Shown here: one piece after another, positions 28,509 through 38,906 of the stretch
Numbering within the stretch: the first letter of the stretch is position 1
Layout: the number at the start of each line of letters is the position of its first letter
Origin: a virus
Virus record (IMG/VR): IMGVR_UViG_3300030380_006483
Reading direction: 5' to 3' (one strand)
Length of the DNA: 64,000 bases
Translations under genes and position numbers: made by a program
The notes under the pieces: model-generated
Told to the model about the DNA's origin: nothing
Database searches by the model: none
What the model saw: the letters and a program-made list of their open reading frames with translations, nothing else

Positions 28509-29264
28509 ATGGAAGAAAACGTTACAAAATCAAAATTAAAATTCCCAACAGAAACAGTTGAATTACCATCTAAGGGATTAATATATCCTAAGGATAATCC
28601 ATTATCATCAGGTAAATTGGAAATGAAATATATGACTGCTAAAGAAGAAGATATTTTAACTAATACTAATTATATTCAAAAAGGTACTGTATTAGATAAA
28701 TTACTAGAATCTTTAATAGTATCTAAAATAAACTATAATGATTTAATTACTGGAGATAAAAATGCATTATTAATAGCAGCTAGAGTATTAGGTTATGGTA
28801 AAGATTATGAATTTTCCTATGCAGGTCAAACATTATCAGTTGATTTAACTACCTTAGAAGATAAAAATTTAAATACTAAAGATTTAATAGAGGAAGGTAT
28901 AAATGAATTTGAGTTTAGTTTACCAAGTTCTAAAACTACAGTTACCTTTAAATTATTAACTCATGGTGATGAAAGATCAATAGATAGAGAACTTCAAGGT
29001 TTAAAGAAAATTAGAAAAGATATAGTTCCTGAAGCAACTACAAGATTAAAATACATGATCACTTCAGTAGATGGTGATAGGGAAAAGAAAACAATTAGAG
29101 AATTTGTAGATAATTATTTATTAGCTATAGATGCTAGATCATTACGTGAAGAAATCCGTAGAGTTTCACCTGATGTTGAACTTAAATACTATGGAGATGA
29201 TGTAGAGGAGGCCATCACTATTCCAGTAGATCTTACCTTTTTTTGGCCTGACGCCCGAATATAG
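28509..29264 (+). CDS. Tail/baseplate hub assembly chaperone (gp26-like)
   Basis: ETVELPSKG...YMTAKEEDIL and GDKNALLIAARVLGYG; lies between tube and tape measure; ends TFFWPDARI. Confidence 0.75.
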   Translation: MEENVTKSKLKFPTETVELPSKGLIYPKDNPLSSGKLEMKYMTAKEEDILTNTNYIQKGTVLDKLLESLIVSKINYNDLITGDKNALLIAARVLGYGKDYEFSYAGQTLSVDLTTLEDKNLNTKDLIEEGINEFEFSLPSSKTTVTFKLLTHGDERSIDRELQGLKKIRKDIVPEATTRLKYMITSVDGDREKKTIREFVDNYLLAIDARSLREEIRRVSPDVELKYYGDDVEEAITIPVDLTFFWPDARI

Positions 29265-29511
29265 AAAAAATTTATTTTCTCAAATACATGAGATAATATT
29301 TCATGGGAATGGTGGTTATGATTGGCACACTGTTTATACTATGCCTGTTTGGCTCCGTAATTTTACTTACAAAAAATTAGAAGAACATTATAAAAAAATA
29401 CAGGATAAAGAAAATAAACAAGCAAATACCCTTAAAAACAAATCAGAAATACATAGACCCAATATAAATCCATCTAACGTATATAATAGTTCAATGCCTA
29501 CTAAAAAGTAG
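29245..29511 (+). CDS. Unlisted overlapping ORF, gp51/tail-chaperone extension-like, probably reached by frameshift
   Basis: Manual translation GLTPEYRKNLFSQIHEIIFHGNGGYDWHTVYTMPVWLRNFTYKKLEEHYKK...MPTKK*. In-frame TAG at 29227; first ATG only at 29341; T7 run at 29238-29244. Confidence 0.7.
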   Translation, partial: GLTPEYRKNLFSQIHEIIFHGNGGYDWHTVYTMPVWLRNFTYKKLEEHYKKIQDKENKQANTLKNKSEIHRPNINPSNVYNSSMPTKK

Positions 29512-29520
29512 GCATTTTTT
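29493..29520 (+). terminator. Terminator overlapping end of chaperone extension ORF
   Basis: AATGCCTACT-aaaa-AGTAGGCATT followed by Ts. Confidence 0.8.
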
Positions 29521-29543
29521 ATATTTATATACACAACTATAAT

Positions 29544-31646
29544 ATGGCTAGAAAAAAATCCAATCCAAACCAATTAGATCTTTTTAAGGATTCAGTTGAA
29601 AGTTTAGGACAAGAATTTGATAGAGTATCCGAAAGTATTGCCGATGCTATTTTTAATAAAATTAAAAAAGCAATTGATGCAACTGATGATAGCTCTAAAC
29701 AATTTTTACAAAGGTTTAAAAGAAACGTTAAAGCTATAGCAGATAGTAGTGGGGCTTTACTAGATATAGAACAAAAATTAGAAGCTGGATCAGCTAGAAC
29801 AAATGATTTCCAAAGAGCTGAACTAAAACTTTTAAAACAGAAATCTGTAATTAAGCAAGCTTTAAAAAAAGCACAGTCTGAACAAATTAACCTTTCAGAA
29901 ACTTTAGTAAAAGCAGCCAATGAGGAATTAGCAGTTTTAAATGCAGAAAAAGATTCACTAGGTGATTTAAAAACTATATTTGAAGAAACAAATAAGGAAT
30001 CAACTTTCTTTTCTACTTTATTATCAGGAGCGGGTAAAGCCTTAAATAATTTAGGTATAGATAATCCTTTTTCTACAATTAAGGATAATATGTCCTCTAT
30101 TAATCAAGAATTAGTTTTTCTTGAATATCAATTAGATACTAATAAGGAACTTTCTGAAGAAGATGTTGAGTTATATAACCAACGAATTCAAGCTTTAAAA
30201 GGACAAAGAGGTTTATTTAATCAATTTGTAATTGCTTTACAATCATCTCTTACCCCTGCTAATGTATTACAAGGACTGATCACGGGTACAGTAGCTTCAA
30301 TGGGAGCTATAAACGCAGAACAAGTTAAATTTCAAAGGCTTACTGGAGAAGGTGTAAAAAATTTATCATCTATTAGATTAGAAGCATCTACTCTTGTTGA
30401 TGTACTAGTGCAAGCTACCTCAGCTGCTGAACAATTTGGATTTAATATTCAAGATACTATAAGTGCCCAAAATATAGCAGCAGCTTCAGACTTAGTTGAA
30501 GGATTGGGACTATCAGCTGAAGAAGCAAATAAATTATTACTTCTTACTGAGGCACAAGGTCTCAATTTGATGGATGTTGCAAGTGCTGCTAATGATGTAT
30601 TAGATCCTTCTATTTCAACAAAGGCTGTATTTCAGGACATAGTAGCCAGTTCAGCTCAAACAAAAGTTTTATTTGCCTTTAATGCTGAGGCAATGGCTAA
30701 AACTGCTAGTGATGCAAGATTACTAGGGTTAAATTTATCTAATATTGAAAAAATATCTAAAAGTATTTTAGATATTGAATCTAGTATTGCAGCAGAATTT
30801 GAAGCAGAAGTATTAACAGGCCAGCAATTAGAGTTAAGTAGAGCAAGAATGTTTGCTTTACAAGGAGATCTTCAAGGTGTAACTGAAGAATTAGCTAAAA
30901 ATCAAAAATTATTTAATGATTTTAGTGGTATGAATGTTCTCCAACAAGAATCTATTGCTAATGCATTAGGACTAGGTGTTGATGAATTATCAGAATCCAT
31001 ATTATTACAAAAAGAATTAAGTAAGCTATCAGAAACAGAAAGAAAAAGAAAAAGAATTGATGAAAAAATAGCATTAACTGCAAGAGAAAATATAACAAAA
31101 TCTATTCAAAGTATAACTCAACAAATAGCTATATTAATAGAACCTCTTGTAAGAGGATTTGAAGGAGCTCTTAAATTTACTAATTTATTAATTGATGGGG
31201 TTAAAGAATTAAAAATCCCTTTAATAGCTCTTGGAACTTATTATGGTATTGTAGCTCTTAGAGCCCAGGCAGCTGCTATTAGTACTATGATTACAACATT
31301 TAGTTTAGCTAAATTTAACCCTTTATTTATTGGTCTTGGTATAGCGGGTGCTTTAGCAGCAGCCGGGGCTGTAAGACAAGCTAATCAAAGAGGAGTAGTT
31401 CCATTAGCTGAAGGTGGTGTAGTAACCTCTCCAACTTTTGCATTAATTGGAGAAGCGGGACCTGAGGCAGTTATACCATTAGATAGAGGTGGAAGAAATT
31501 CTATGTTATCATCTGCTGATATTAATGCTATCGCAAAAGCAGTAAGAGAAGGAGCATCACAAGCGCAAATTAACTTAGATGGTGGTAGGGTATCAAATAG
31601 ATTACAACCATCATTAGCAGTTAATACAAGGAAATACTCAATATAA
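29544..31646 (+). CDS. Tape measure protein
   Basis: Long helical Ala/Leu/Gln-rich protein after the chaperone pair; C-terminal LAEGGVVTSPTFALIGEAGPEAVIPL. Confidence 0.85.
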   Translation: MARKKSNPNQLDLFKDSVESLGQEFDRVSESIADAIFNKIKKAIDATDDSSKQFLQRFKRNVKAIADSSGALLDIEQKLEAGSARTNDFQRAELKLLKQKSVIKQALKKAQSEQINLSETLVKAANEELAVLNAEKDSLGDLKTIFEETNKESTFFSTLLSGAGKALNNLGIDNPFSTIKDNMSSINQELVFLEYQLDTNKELSEEDVELYNQRIQALKGQRGLFNQFVIALQSSLTPANVLQGLITGTVASMGAINAEQVKFQRLTGEGVKNLSSIRLEASTLVDVLVQATSAAEQFGFNIQDTISAQNIAAASDLVEGLGLSAEEANKLLLLTEAQGLNLMDVASAANDVLDPSISTKAVFQDIVASSAQTKVLFAFNAEAMAKTASDARLLGLNLSNIEKISKSILDIESSIAAEFEAEVLTGQQLELSRARMFALQGDLQGVTEELAKNQKLFNDFSGMNVLQQESIANALGLGVDELSESILLQKELSKLSETERKRKRIDEKIALTARENITKSIQSITQQIAILIEPLVRGFEGALKFTNLLIDGVKELKIPLIALGTYYGIVALRAQAAAISTMITTFSLAKFNPLFIGLGIAGALAAAGAVRQANQRGVVPLAEGGVVTSPTFALIGEAGPEAVIPLDRGGRNSMLSSADINAIAKAVREGASQAQINLDGGRVSNRLQPSLAVNTRKYSI

Positions 31647-31675
31647 AATATTTATAACAAACAAAAATTAATATT

Positions 31676-32101
31676 ATGGCAATTTTAAATGATTACAATA
31701 ACCCTAAAAGTGGTCTAGGATCACTAATTAGATTTAAACAGGGACAAGTAACCCCTGCTGGAAATACTTATATAGCTTATGGTAGAAATGATGAAACTGC
31801 CCTATATAGTTCAGCTTTACATAACGAGTATTCTACAATTGGGAATCCTAATGTAGATCTTACTAGTACCCTTTATAATTCATCACAGAAAAAACCATCC
31901 CAAAATTTAGATTTATCACCTAATCCTATTGGAGATGCTAAAAGTGGATTTCAACAAAAATATCTCCCTAATCAGGAAAAAACTTATGAAGAACAAGTAA
32001 GAGAAGCGGATAATGTAGGTAGAGCGGGTACAGTAAGTAGAACTTCTGCGGGCAATAGAAATAGTGGAGATGGAAAAAATGTAGGTGGTAATAGACAATA
32101 A
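31676..32101 (+). CDS. Hypothetical protein in baseplate module
   Basis: 141 aa ORF preceded by ATATTTAT. Confidence 0.5.
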   Translation: MAILNDYNNPKSGLGSLIRFKQGQVTPAGNTYIAYGRNDETALYSSALHNEYSTIGNPNVDLTSTLYNSSQKKPSQNLDLSPNPIGDAKSGFQQKYLPNQEKTYEEQVREADNVGRAGTVSRTSAGNRNSGDGKNVGGNRQ

Positions 32102-32115
32102 ACCAAAAATAAATA

Positions 32116-33966
32116 ATGTCTATAAGACAACTATATAATAACCCTGACAATTTTGTATTTAATTCTAAGGATAGCAAATATAGTAAAGATATTAGAGGTG
32201 GTGGTTTTACAGGACAACCTTTTGTAAAAAGGTCAGCCCCTGAAACTATAAACCAATTAAATTCTTTAACTACAGAGGCTCTTAGTTTAGATTTTCCTAT
32301 TCGTGGTGGTTCATACGAGGAACTTGCTGCTAGGGAAGATTTTGCTAGGATTGATAGATTCTTATTATCTTACCCCGAGGGTAAAGCCTTTTTAGACAAA
32401 CAAAAAGGATTAATGTTCTCTAACCCTAAAATGGAAACAGGCCAGTCAGGTGGGTTTGCTAATACTAGGGCGTATAGTGATGGAAGGAATTTAATGACAC
32501 AGATTGCTGAGGGAGGAACCGGTTTTCATCATCCAAACGCAGGATCAACTGTCAATGATTTAGAGTTTACACAAAACAAATATGAATATACTGTTGCCCA
32601 TAAACCTACAAAGTTAAATAGATTAGTTAGCTTAACTACTTTTAAAATTAATAATACAGCGGTTGGTGATAGTAATTTTGATACTGCTATAGCAAGGGAG
32701 CTAGGAATTAATACATTTAATGAGGGCGAATTGTTCTTCTACCCAGGTGGACCTAGTTCTGTTTATGGATTAGGACAAACAATAATTAAAAGAGCTACAG
32801 ATAGTTTAGGTGCCCCCATTAATACACAAAATGCTCCAACATTTATAGGGCCTAATTTTACAAAAGATGTAAAAGGAAACATTATTCAAGCTAGACCTAT
32901 AACAGAAATCAATTTCTCTAATTTATTAGGATTATCACCCACATTTAACATCACTGATAAGGATAACGCTATAGAAAATGGAGATATAGGTACTTTAGCT
33001 CAACAAGATTCGGGTGATTATATTAGAGCAAATAGAAACCCAAACGGAGATGTTGTATTATTTAATAATTTTATGGGTTATGATAGAATTAGGGAAAGAC
33101 AACAATTATTACCTGGAACTTTAGGAATTACTGATTTTAGAAATGATGTAATTAATTCAAGTGGTGTGGCTAAAAGTGATTATACTAGTAATAATATTAC
33201 TACTAGAGTTGGTGTAGGTGACCCTGGAGCTAGACCTGCTAACCTAAGAACAAAAATAAATGACCCATTTATCCCAGGTCAGGATTTTATTAATACTACT
33301 GATATTCAAACTAGAGATGATGCGGATGGTATTGGTGGTTTTCCTAAAGATTTAGTTAAATTTGCTTTTGAAACTATAAACAATGATAAAACTGATACTA
33401 CTACAGCAACATTTTTTAGAGCATTTTTAACAGGATATAGTGACAGTCATAATGCTGAATGGTCTCCAAGTCGTTATACAGGTAGAGGAGAAAATTTTTA
33501 CACATACCAAGGATTTGATAGAACAGTTAATTTCAATTTTAAAGTAGCTGCACAATCAAAACAAGAAATGAAATTTATATATAAAAAATTAAACTATCTA
33601 TTATCAACTTTACATCCAGATTATAATACGGCTGGATTTATGAGGGGTAATATTACTAAATTAACTATAGGAGATTTATTTGTTAGAACACCCGGTATAT
33701 TAGAATCGTTACAATTAAGTGTTGATGATCAATACGCTTGGGAAATAGCAATGGGTGATGAAAGTAAAGATATGTTAGAAACACCACAAATAATGGATGT
33801 AGGTGTTCAATTTAAACCAATACTTAATGTTTTACCAAGAACAGGTATAAGTTCACCTATATTAATAACAGATCCAAATAACAAATATCTTAATAATAGA
33901 GATAATTCAGGAACTTTAGTAGGATCAATAGGAGCAATAGGAAGAGCTTTTGCAACATTTAATTAA
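32116..33966 (+). CDS. Baseplate/tail tube initiator protein (gp48/gp54-like)
   Basis: C-terminal FRAFLTGYSDSHNAEW...GRGENFYTYQGFDRTVNFNFKV...LTIGDLF tube-like fold motifs. Confidence 0.65.
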   Translation: MSIRQLYNNPDNFVFNSKDSKYSKDIRGGGFTGQPFVKRSAPETINQLNSLTTEALSLDFPIRGGSYEELAAREDFARIDRFLLSYPEGKAFLDKQKGLMFSNPKMETGQSGGFANTRAYSDGRNLMTQIAEGGTGFHHPNAGSTVNDLEFTQNKYEYTVAHKPTKLNRLVSLTTFKINNTAVGDSNFDTAIARELGINTFNEGELFFYPGGPSSVYGLGQTIIKRATDSLGAPINTQNAPTFIGPNFTKDVKGNIIQARPITEINFSNLLGLSPTFNITDKDNAIENGDIGTLAQQDSGDYIRANRNPNGDVVLFNNFMGYDRIRERQQLLPGTLGITDFRNDVINSSGVAKSDYTSNNITTRVGVGDPGARPANLRTKINDPFIPGQDFINTTDIQTRDDADGIGGFPKDLVKFAFETINNDKTDTTTATFFRAFLTGYSDSHNAEWSPSRYTGRGENFYTYQGFDRTVNFNFKVAAQSKQEMKFIYKKLNYLLSTLHPDYNTAGFMRGNITKLTIGDLFVRTPGILESLQLSVDDQYAWEIAMGDESKDMLETPQIMDVGVQFKPILNVLPRTGISSPILITDPNNKYLNNRDNSGTLVGSIGAIGRAFATFN

Positions 33967-33967
33967 T

Positions 33968-34267
33968 ATGGCAAGAAGGTACGAAAATATAGGAACATAT
34001 ACTACAGATGATGGTAAAGTAATTTTTTTACCAACTAAATATCCTTCCGTTGAAACTTCAAATGATGATTTTTATATTATAACTCAAGCTACGGATAGAT
34101 TAGACTTAATAGCTTCTGATTTTTATGGTGATTCTACATTATGGTGGGTAATTGCTATGGCAAATGATTTACCCGGTGATTCATTATTTACAACACCTGG
34201 CTTTCAATTGAGAATACCTGGTAATTTAGATAATGCTATTCAAGAGTTTAACACTTTAAATTCTTAA
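33968..34267 (+). CDS. LysM-like baseplate wedge protein (gp53/tail X-like)
   Basis: DRLDLIASDFYGDSTLWWVIAMAN...GFQLRIP; start reassigned to ATG 33968. Confidence 0.8.
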   Translation: MARRYENIGTYTTDDGKVIFLPTKYPSVETSNDDFYIITQATDRLDLIASDFYGDSTLWWVIAMANDLPGDSLFTTPGFQLRIPGNLDNAIQEFNTLNS

Positions 34268-34273
34268 AATGTT

Positions 34274-36682
34274 ATGGCAAATTTTAAAAATATAATAGGT
34301 TCGGGTTTTCCAGAATACGTAAATAACCAATTAAAAAAAAGATCTGAAATATTAAATACTGCTAATCGTAGTAATAATATTCTTCAATATTTAACTAATC
34401 GTAATGTTTGGTTTAGGTTAAGTTCTAGTGTTGATGTAGGAGGTTCTAAGGAACTAGCTAGAAATAACGTTTTACAGGGAGGAACTTTAAATAAAAATGG
34501 GACTATAAAAAAAGGATTTAATGAAACCTATAAAAAAGGTACTGATGATGATTTAGGTTTTAAACCTATGCCTGGTATTACTAATATATCAATAGGTACA
34601 GGAGGTAAGTGGCAAACATTAATGCAGGCAGATATAGAGTTTGTTTGTTATGATTTAGAACAATTAGATATAATGACTAAACTTTATATGAGTTTAGGAT
34701 ATACTGTATTTTTAGAATGGGGCCATTCAAATTATTTTACAACTAATAATAGTGTTGAAAAATTTGAAGTAAATGCTTCTGCTATCTCTAATTTTTTTAA
34801 TTTAAATAATAAAGATGAATTATTAAAACGAGCAACCAAAGAAAGAGATAATAAAGATGGAAATTATGAATGTATGTTAGGTACAGTTAATAATTTTGAT
34901 TGGACGGCTAATAATGACGGTTCTTATAATTGCAAAATACAAGTAATGGGTGCGGGTGGTTTAGTTGAATCTTTAAAAATTAATACTTCTAGTGGTGTTA
35001 ATTTTAATAATTTAATAGATGATGAAGATACTAACGCAGATTTTGCTTCAGATTTAGAAAATATACTTACTACACTCAAAAAATTCTTTGAAGATAATTC
35101 AGGAATAGTACAAAAATCAACAACTTCATTTCAAGCTGGTACAGGAACAGTAACTGTTGATACAGTTGAAGGATTGTTTAAAGAAATTCCACTTAGTCAA
35201 GAAGGAACCATAATTGAAAATAATAGAGAAAGAATAATTACTTATAGTGCTCTTTTAAATCAAATATATGAATTTACTTCTTATCCTGGTCCACAATTTG
35301 GTAGAAGTATAGGTAGAACATCATCATCACTTGGAAATAATAATATTAATAAAGGAAATGCCCACCAAGTACTTTCGGGAATAGGTACTGCTTCTTCTAT
35401 TAAACCAAGCTTATACCATGGTTATATTTCTAATACAGTAATAGATAATGATAAAACTTATTTTCAAACTTATATTACATTAGGACATTTATTTACATTA
35501 ATTCAACATATAGGTATATTTACAGAAAATAGTGGAAATGTAGCAAAACCTGTAGTATATTTAGATTATAACCCTGATAATACTATAATAAAAGTAAATA
35601 AACTACAAGGAAGTATAGATCCTTCTAAATGTTTAATTCCTTTCAATCAAAAATTCGATGATTTTTTTAATCCAATTAAAGAAAATTTCCCATCAAAATT
35701 TAACCAAAGTTATTCTTTAAAAAAAGGTGTAATACCTAGCTTTGAAGGTAAATTATTTAATGTTTTAGTAAATTTAGATTTTATTATTGATTCTTTAAAA
35801 GGATTATCACAAGGTAGTGATGATAAAGAAGTAAATTTACTAGATTTTATAACTAAAATTTTAGATGGAATTAATGTTTCTTTAGGAAAAATAAATTCTT
35901 TTAGACCCTTTTATGATAAAGATAGTAATTGTTTAAGAATTATTGATGAACATGTTTTACCTGATTCTAAAGAAAATAAAATAATAACAATACCAAATCT
36001 GGGTACTAAATCTATAGTTTATGATTATAGTTTTAACACTAAAATTACTCCTAAATTTGCAAGCCAACTAATAATTGGAGCACAAGCTAGTGGAAAAGAT
36101 GTAAAAGAATTTTCAAGTGAGGTATTATCATATCAATACTTAAATATAGGTACAAAAGATAGATTTGCAACAATAAAAAAACCTAGCATAAATCCAAAAA
36201 TTGATCTTCCTGTTGAAAAAAGTGCATTAAAACCTTTCTTTAGATTATTTCAACTTCTTACAAGGATTTATAGTTTTGATAATGTAAGAAAAAGTAGTAT
36301 AGATAGTCTAACTACTTTATTTAATGATATTTTAAATAGAAATACAAAAATCCCAAAATATAACCCATATGATAATTTTGGTACTAGGACTAAACGTTTA
36401 TTACTAGGAATAACCCCTAGCCCGTTACTAAAAAATGAAAATGATGAAGCAACAGAAGATAAATTTGTAACTCCTACTTTAATATTACCTATAGAATATA
36501 GCATTAAAATAGACGGAATATCCGGTATTTTACCTTATAATTTATTTAGAATACCAGATAATAGATTACCTAAAAAATATAGGGGCAAAATTGATTTTGC
36601 AGTTTTTTCAATAAATCATGAAATAGAAAGTAATAAATGGTATACTATACTAAGAGGAATAGCAGTACCTAGAAATAAATAA
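34274..36682 (+). CDS. Probable baseplate hub protein
   Basis: 802 aa after the LysM gene; PMPGITNISI...LYMSLGYTVFLEWG...G.VNNFDW motifs of contractile-tail hub proteins. Confidence 0.55.
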   Translation: MANFKNIIGSGFPEYVNNQLKKRSEILNTANRSNNILQYLTNRNVWFRLSSSVDVGGSKELARNNVLQGGTLNKNGTIKKGFNETYKKGTDDDLGFKPMPGITNISIGTGGKWQTLMQADIEFVCYDLEQLDIMTKLYMSLGYTVFLEWGHSNYFTTNNSVEKFEVNASAISNFFNLNNKDELLKRATKERDNKDGNYECMLGTVNNFDWTANNDGSYNCKIQVMGAGGLVESLKINTSSGVNFNNLIDDEDTNADFASDLENILTTLKKFFEDNSGIVQKSTTSFQAGTGTVTVDTVEGLFKEIPLSQEGTIIENNRERIITYSALLNQIYEFTSYPGPQFGRSIGRTSSSLGNNNINKGNAHQVLSGIGTASSIKPSLYHGYISNTVIDNDKTYFQTYITLGHLFTLIQHIGIFTENSGNVAKPVVYLDYNPDNTIIKVNKLQGSIDPSKCLIPFNQKFDDFFNPIKENFPSKFNQSYSLKKGVIPSFEGKLFNVLVNLDFIIDSLKGLSQGSDDKEVNLLDFITKILDGINVSLGKINSFRPFYDKDSNCLRIIDEHVLPDSKENKIITIPNLGTKSIVYDYSFNTKITPKFASQLIIGAQASGKDVKEFSSEVLSYQYLNIGTKDRFATIKKPSINPKIDLPVEKSALKPFFRLFQLLTRIYSFDNVRKSSIDSLTTLFNDILNRNTKIPKYNPYDNFGTRTKRLLLGITPSPLLKNENDEATEDKFVTPTLILPIEYSIKIDGISGILPYNLFRIPDNRLPKKYRGKIDFAVFSINHEIESNKWYTILRGIAVPRNK

Positions 36683-37581
36683 TGGCTTATATACCTAAAT
36701 CTCTTACTAATAATAATTTATTCACTAATGGTGGGGAATTTATCGACTCTACTGGTAAACCATATAGTGGATTTTATCATTCACTATTTAATGGTCAAGT
36801 TTATAGTGGAAAAACACCACTAGATCCAACAAGACAACTTTTAAGTGTACCCCCTAAGGATGAATCTCCAAATCAAGTCCTAAATACATCTACTAATTTA
36901 GAATATTCTAATTTACGTCCTCAAAACCAAGAGTTATTTGAATATGGTAAAAATCCAACTTCTTTTATTCCACAACCTAAGGGTAAAGATTATCAAAGAG
37001 GACAAATTGAAAGATATTTTGCTAAAAAAAGAAATGAATCACCATCTCGTATATTAGAAATAAATCAATCAACCTATAATGATATAATTACACAGAGTGG
37101 AGAGTATAATTATGCTTTATGGCAGGTAGTAAAAATATTTTGGAAAATATCTGGCCCCCTTAATGATACAAGGAATCCAAATGGAGTAGTTACTGCAGGA
37201 ATTGTGGATACTAATGAAAGATTAGTTAACTTTACTAATAAAGAATTTAGAGGTATAAAAGAATATTTATCTAATTTAATTCAATTTGCAGTTAGACCAA
37301 ATTTAGAATTAATTTCTAACCAATATACTAGTGGAAATCAATTAACAGTTAGAAAAGATAATAGTAATTACATAGGTAATTACCACATAATGGCAGATGG
37401 AACAATAATGGATAAGGAAACACATGGAAAATCCAAAGGTACAATTCTTCTACCAGCTAATGTGGTTGTTCAAAAACAAATTAATACATTGATAAATGAA
37501 GCATTAGGAAATCTTGGTGCAACACCAAACCAATCTTTAGATACATTTAATATATCTAATTTAAGTTATGGTGCTACGTAA
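36682..37581 (+). CDS. Hypothetical baseplate-associated protein
   Basis: Translationally coupled to the hub gene; no family recognised. Confidence 0.45.
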   Translation: MAYIPKSLTNNNLFTNGGEFIDSTGKPYSGFYHSLFNGQVYSGKTPLDPTRQLLSVPPKDESPNQVLNTSTNLEYSNLRPQNQELFEYGKNPTSFIPQPKGKDYQRGQIERYFAKKRNESPSRILEINQSTYNDIITQSGEYNYALWQVVKIFWKISGPLNDTRNPNGVVTAGIVDTNERLVNFTNKEFRGIKEYLSNLIQFAVRPNLELISNQYTSGNQLTVRKDNSNYIGNYHIMADGTIMDKETHGKSKGTILLPANVVVQKQINTLINEALGNLGATPNQSLDTFNISNLSYGAT

Positions 37582-37599
37582 AGTTATGAATAAAAGGTT

Positions 37600-38898
37600 A
37601 TGTATTATATTGTTGAGACAGAGGAACAATTAAATAGATTATATTGTTCGGGTGATGAGTGTTATATAAAAATCATTCCTATGAATGATGAATATCACTC
37701 TGCTTTAACTTCACCATGTTTAATATATTTTAAAACTTTTAAAGGTAAAGGATATGTATTTCCAATTAATCATTCTGAAGCATTTAGATTAGATTTTAAT
37801 AAAGTAATAGAATGGATAGAAAGTAAATATGAAAAAATTTATATTACAAATAAAAAAGAATGTTTATATTTCTTTGATTCACCTAAATTAATAGACATAC
37901 CTTATGACAACAACAACTTGGATTATACTCCTATTAGGTCCCGTACTTATGATAAGTATGGACATTTACCGTTCTGTACTTCCTTGGTACCAATCTCAAA
38001 AATTTACGAGCAAGAAGAAAAAAACTTCGAAGAAATTAGAGAAAAAATCCCAACAAAAGTAAATAAATTTTATAATGATACTTTTCCAAAAGTATTTAAA
38101 TTAATAGAAGAACAAGGGTTAAGAATTCACCCGGATTATTTTGATAAACACTTTAAATATCATGAAAAAGAATGGTTTATTCATGGAGAAACAGTGTATA
38201 CTAAATATAACTTATACAACCTTACTACTCGTCCAACTAACTCCTTTAACGGTGTTAACTTCGCTGCTTTAAATAAAAATGATGGTTCAAGAACTGCATT
38301 TATCCCTAAAAATGATATGTTTTTTGAATTTGACTATGATGCTTACCATGTTAGAATATTAGCTAATTTAATAGGATTTAAACTGGATAAAAAATCAGTA
38401 CATAATCAGTTAGGTAAAATGTATTTTAATAAAGAAGAACTAACTGATAAAGAATATGCTAAATCTAAAGAATTAACCTTTAAACAATTATATGGGGGTG
38501 TATTTAAAGAATATAAAGAAATACCATTCTTTAAAGCAATGAATGAATATGTTGAAAAATTATGGGAATTATTTAATGCTACAGACAAATTAGAGTTAGT
38601 AGGAGGAAAAATACTAACTAAAGAACAAATACAAAACCCAACACCTAATAAAATATTGAATTACATGATACAATCAGCAGAAACACATAATAATGTTATT
38701 TCTGTAAGAAAAGTAATAGATTATTTGGATAATAAACAAAGTAAAGTTATATTATACACCTATGATTCATTCTTAGTTGATTATTCTTTAGTAGATGGTA
38801 AAGAGGTTTTAAAAGAAATTAAAAAATTATTAGAAAATAACAAATACGTTGTAAAAGTTGCATATGGTAATAATTACAATTCTCTAAAATATATATAA
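37600..38898 (+). CDS. Compact family A DNA polymerase
   Basis: LTTRPTNS..GVNFAAL, motif A FEFDYDAYHVRIL, motif B KELTFKQLYGG, NYMIQSAE and motif C-like YTYDSFL; only 432 aa. Confidence 0.8.
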   Translation: MYYIVETEEQLNRLYCSGDECYIKIIPMNDEYHSALTSPCLIYFKTFKGKGYVFPINHSEAFRLDFNKVIEWIESKYEKIYITNKKECLYFFDSPKLIDIPYDNNNLDYTPIRSRTYDKYGHLPFCTSLVPISKIYEQEEKNFEEIREKIPTKVNKFYNDTFPKVFKLIEEQGLRIHPDYFDKHFKYHEKEWFIHGETVYTKYNLYNLTTRPTNSFNGVNFAALNKNDGSRTAFIPKNDMFFEFDYDAYHVRILANLIGFKLDKKSVHNQLGKMYFNKEELTDKEYAKSKELTFKQLYGGVFKEYKEIPFFKAMNEYVEKLWELFNATDKLELVGGKILTKEQIQNPTPNKILNYMIQSAETHNNVISVRKVIDYLDNKQSKVILYTYDSFLVDYSLVDGKEVLKEIKKLLENNKYVVKVAYGNNYNSLKYI

Positions 38899-38906
38899 TA
38901 TTTATC

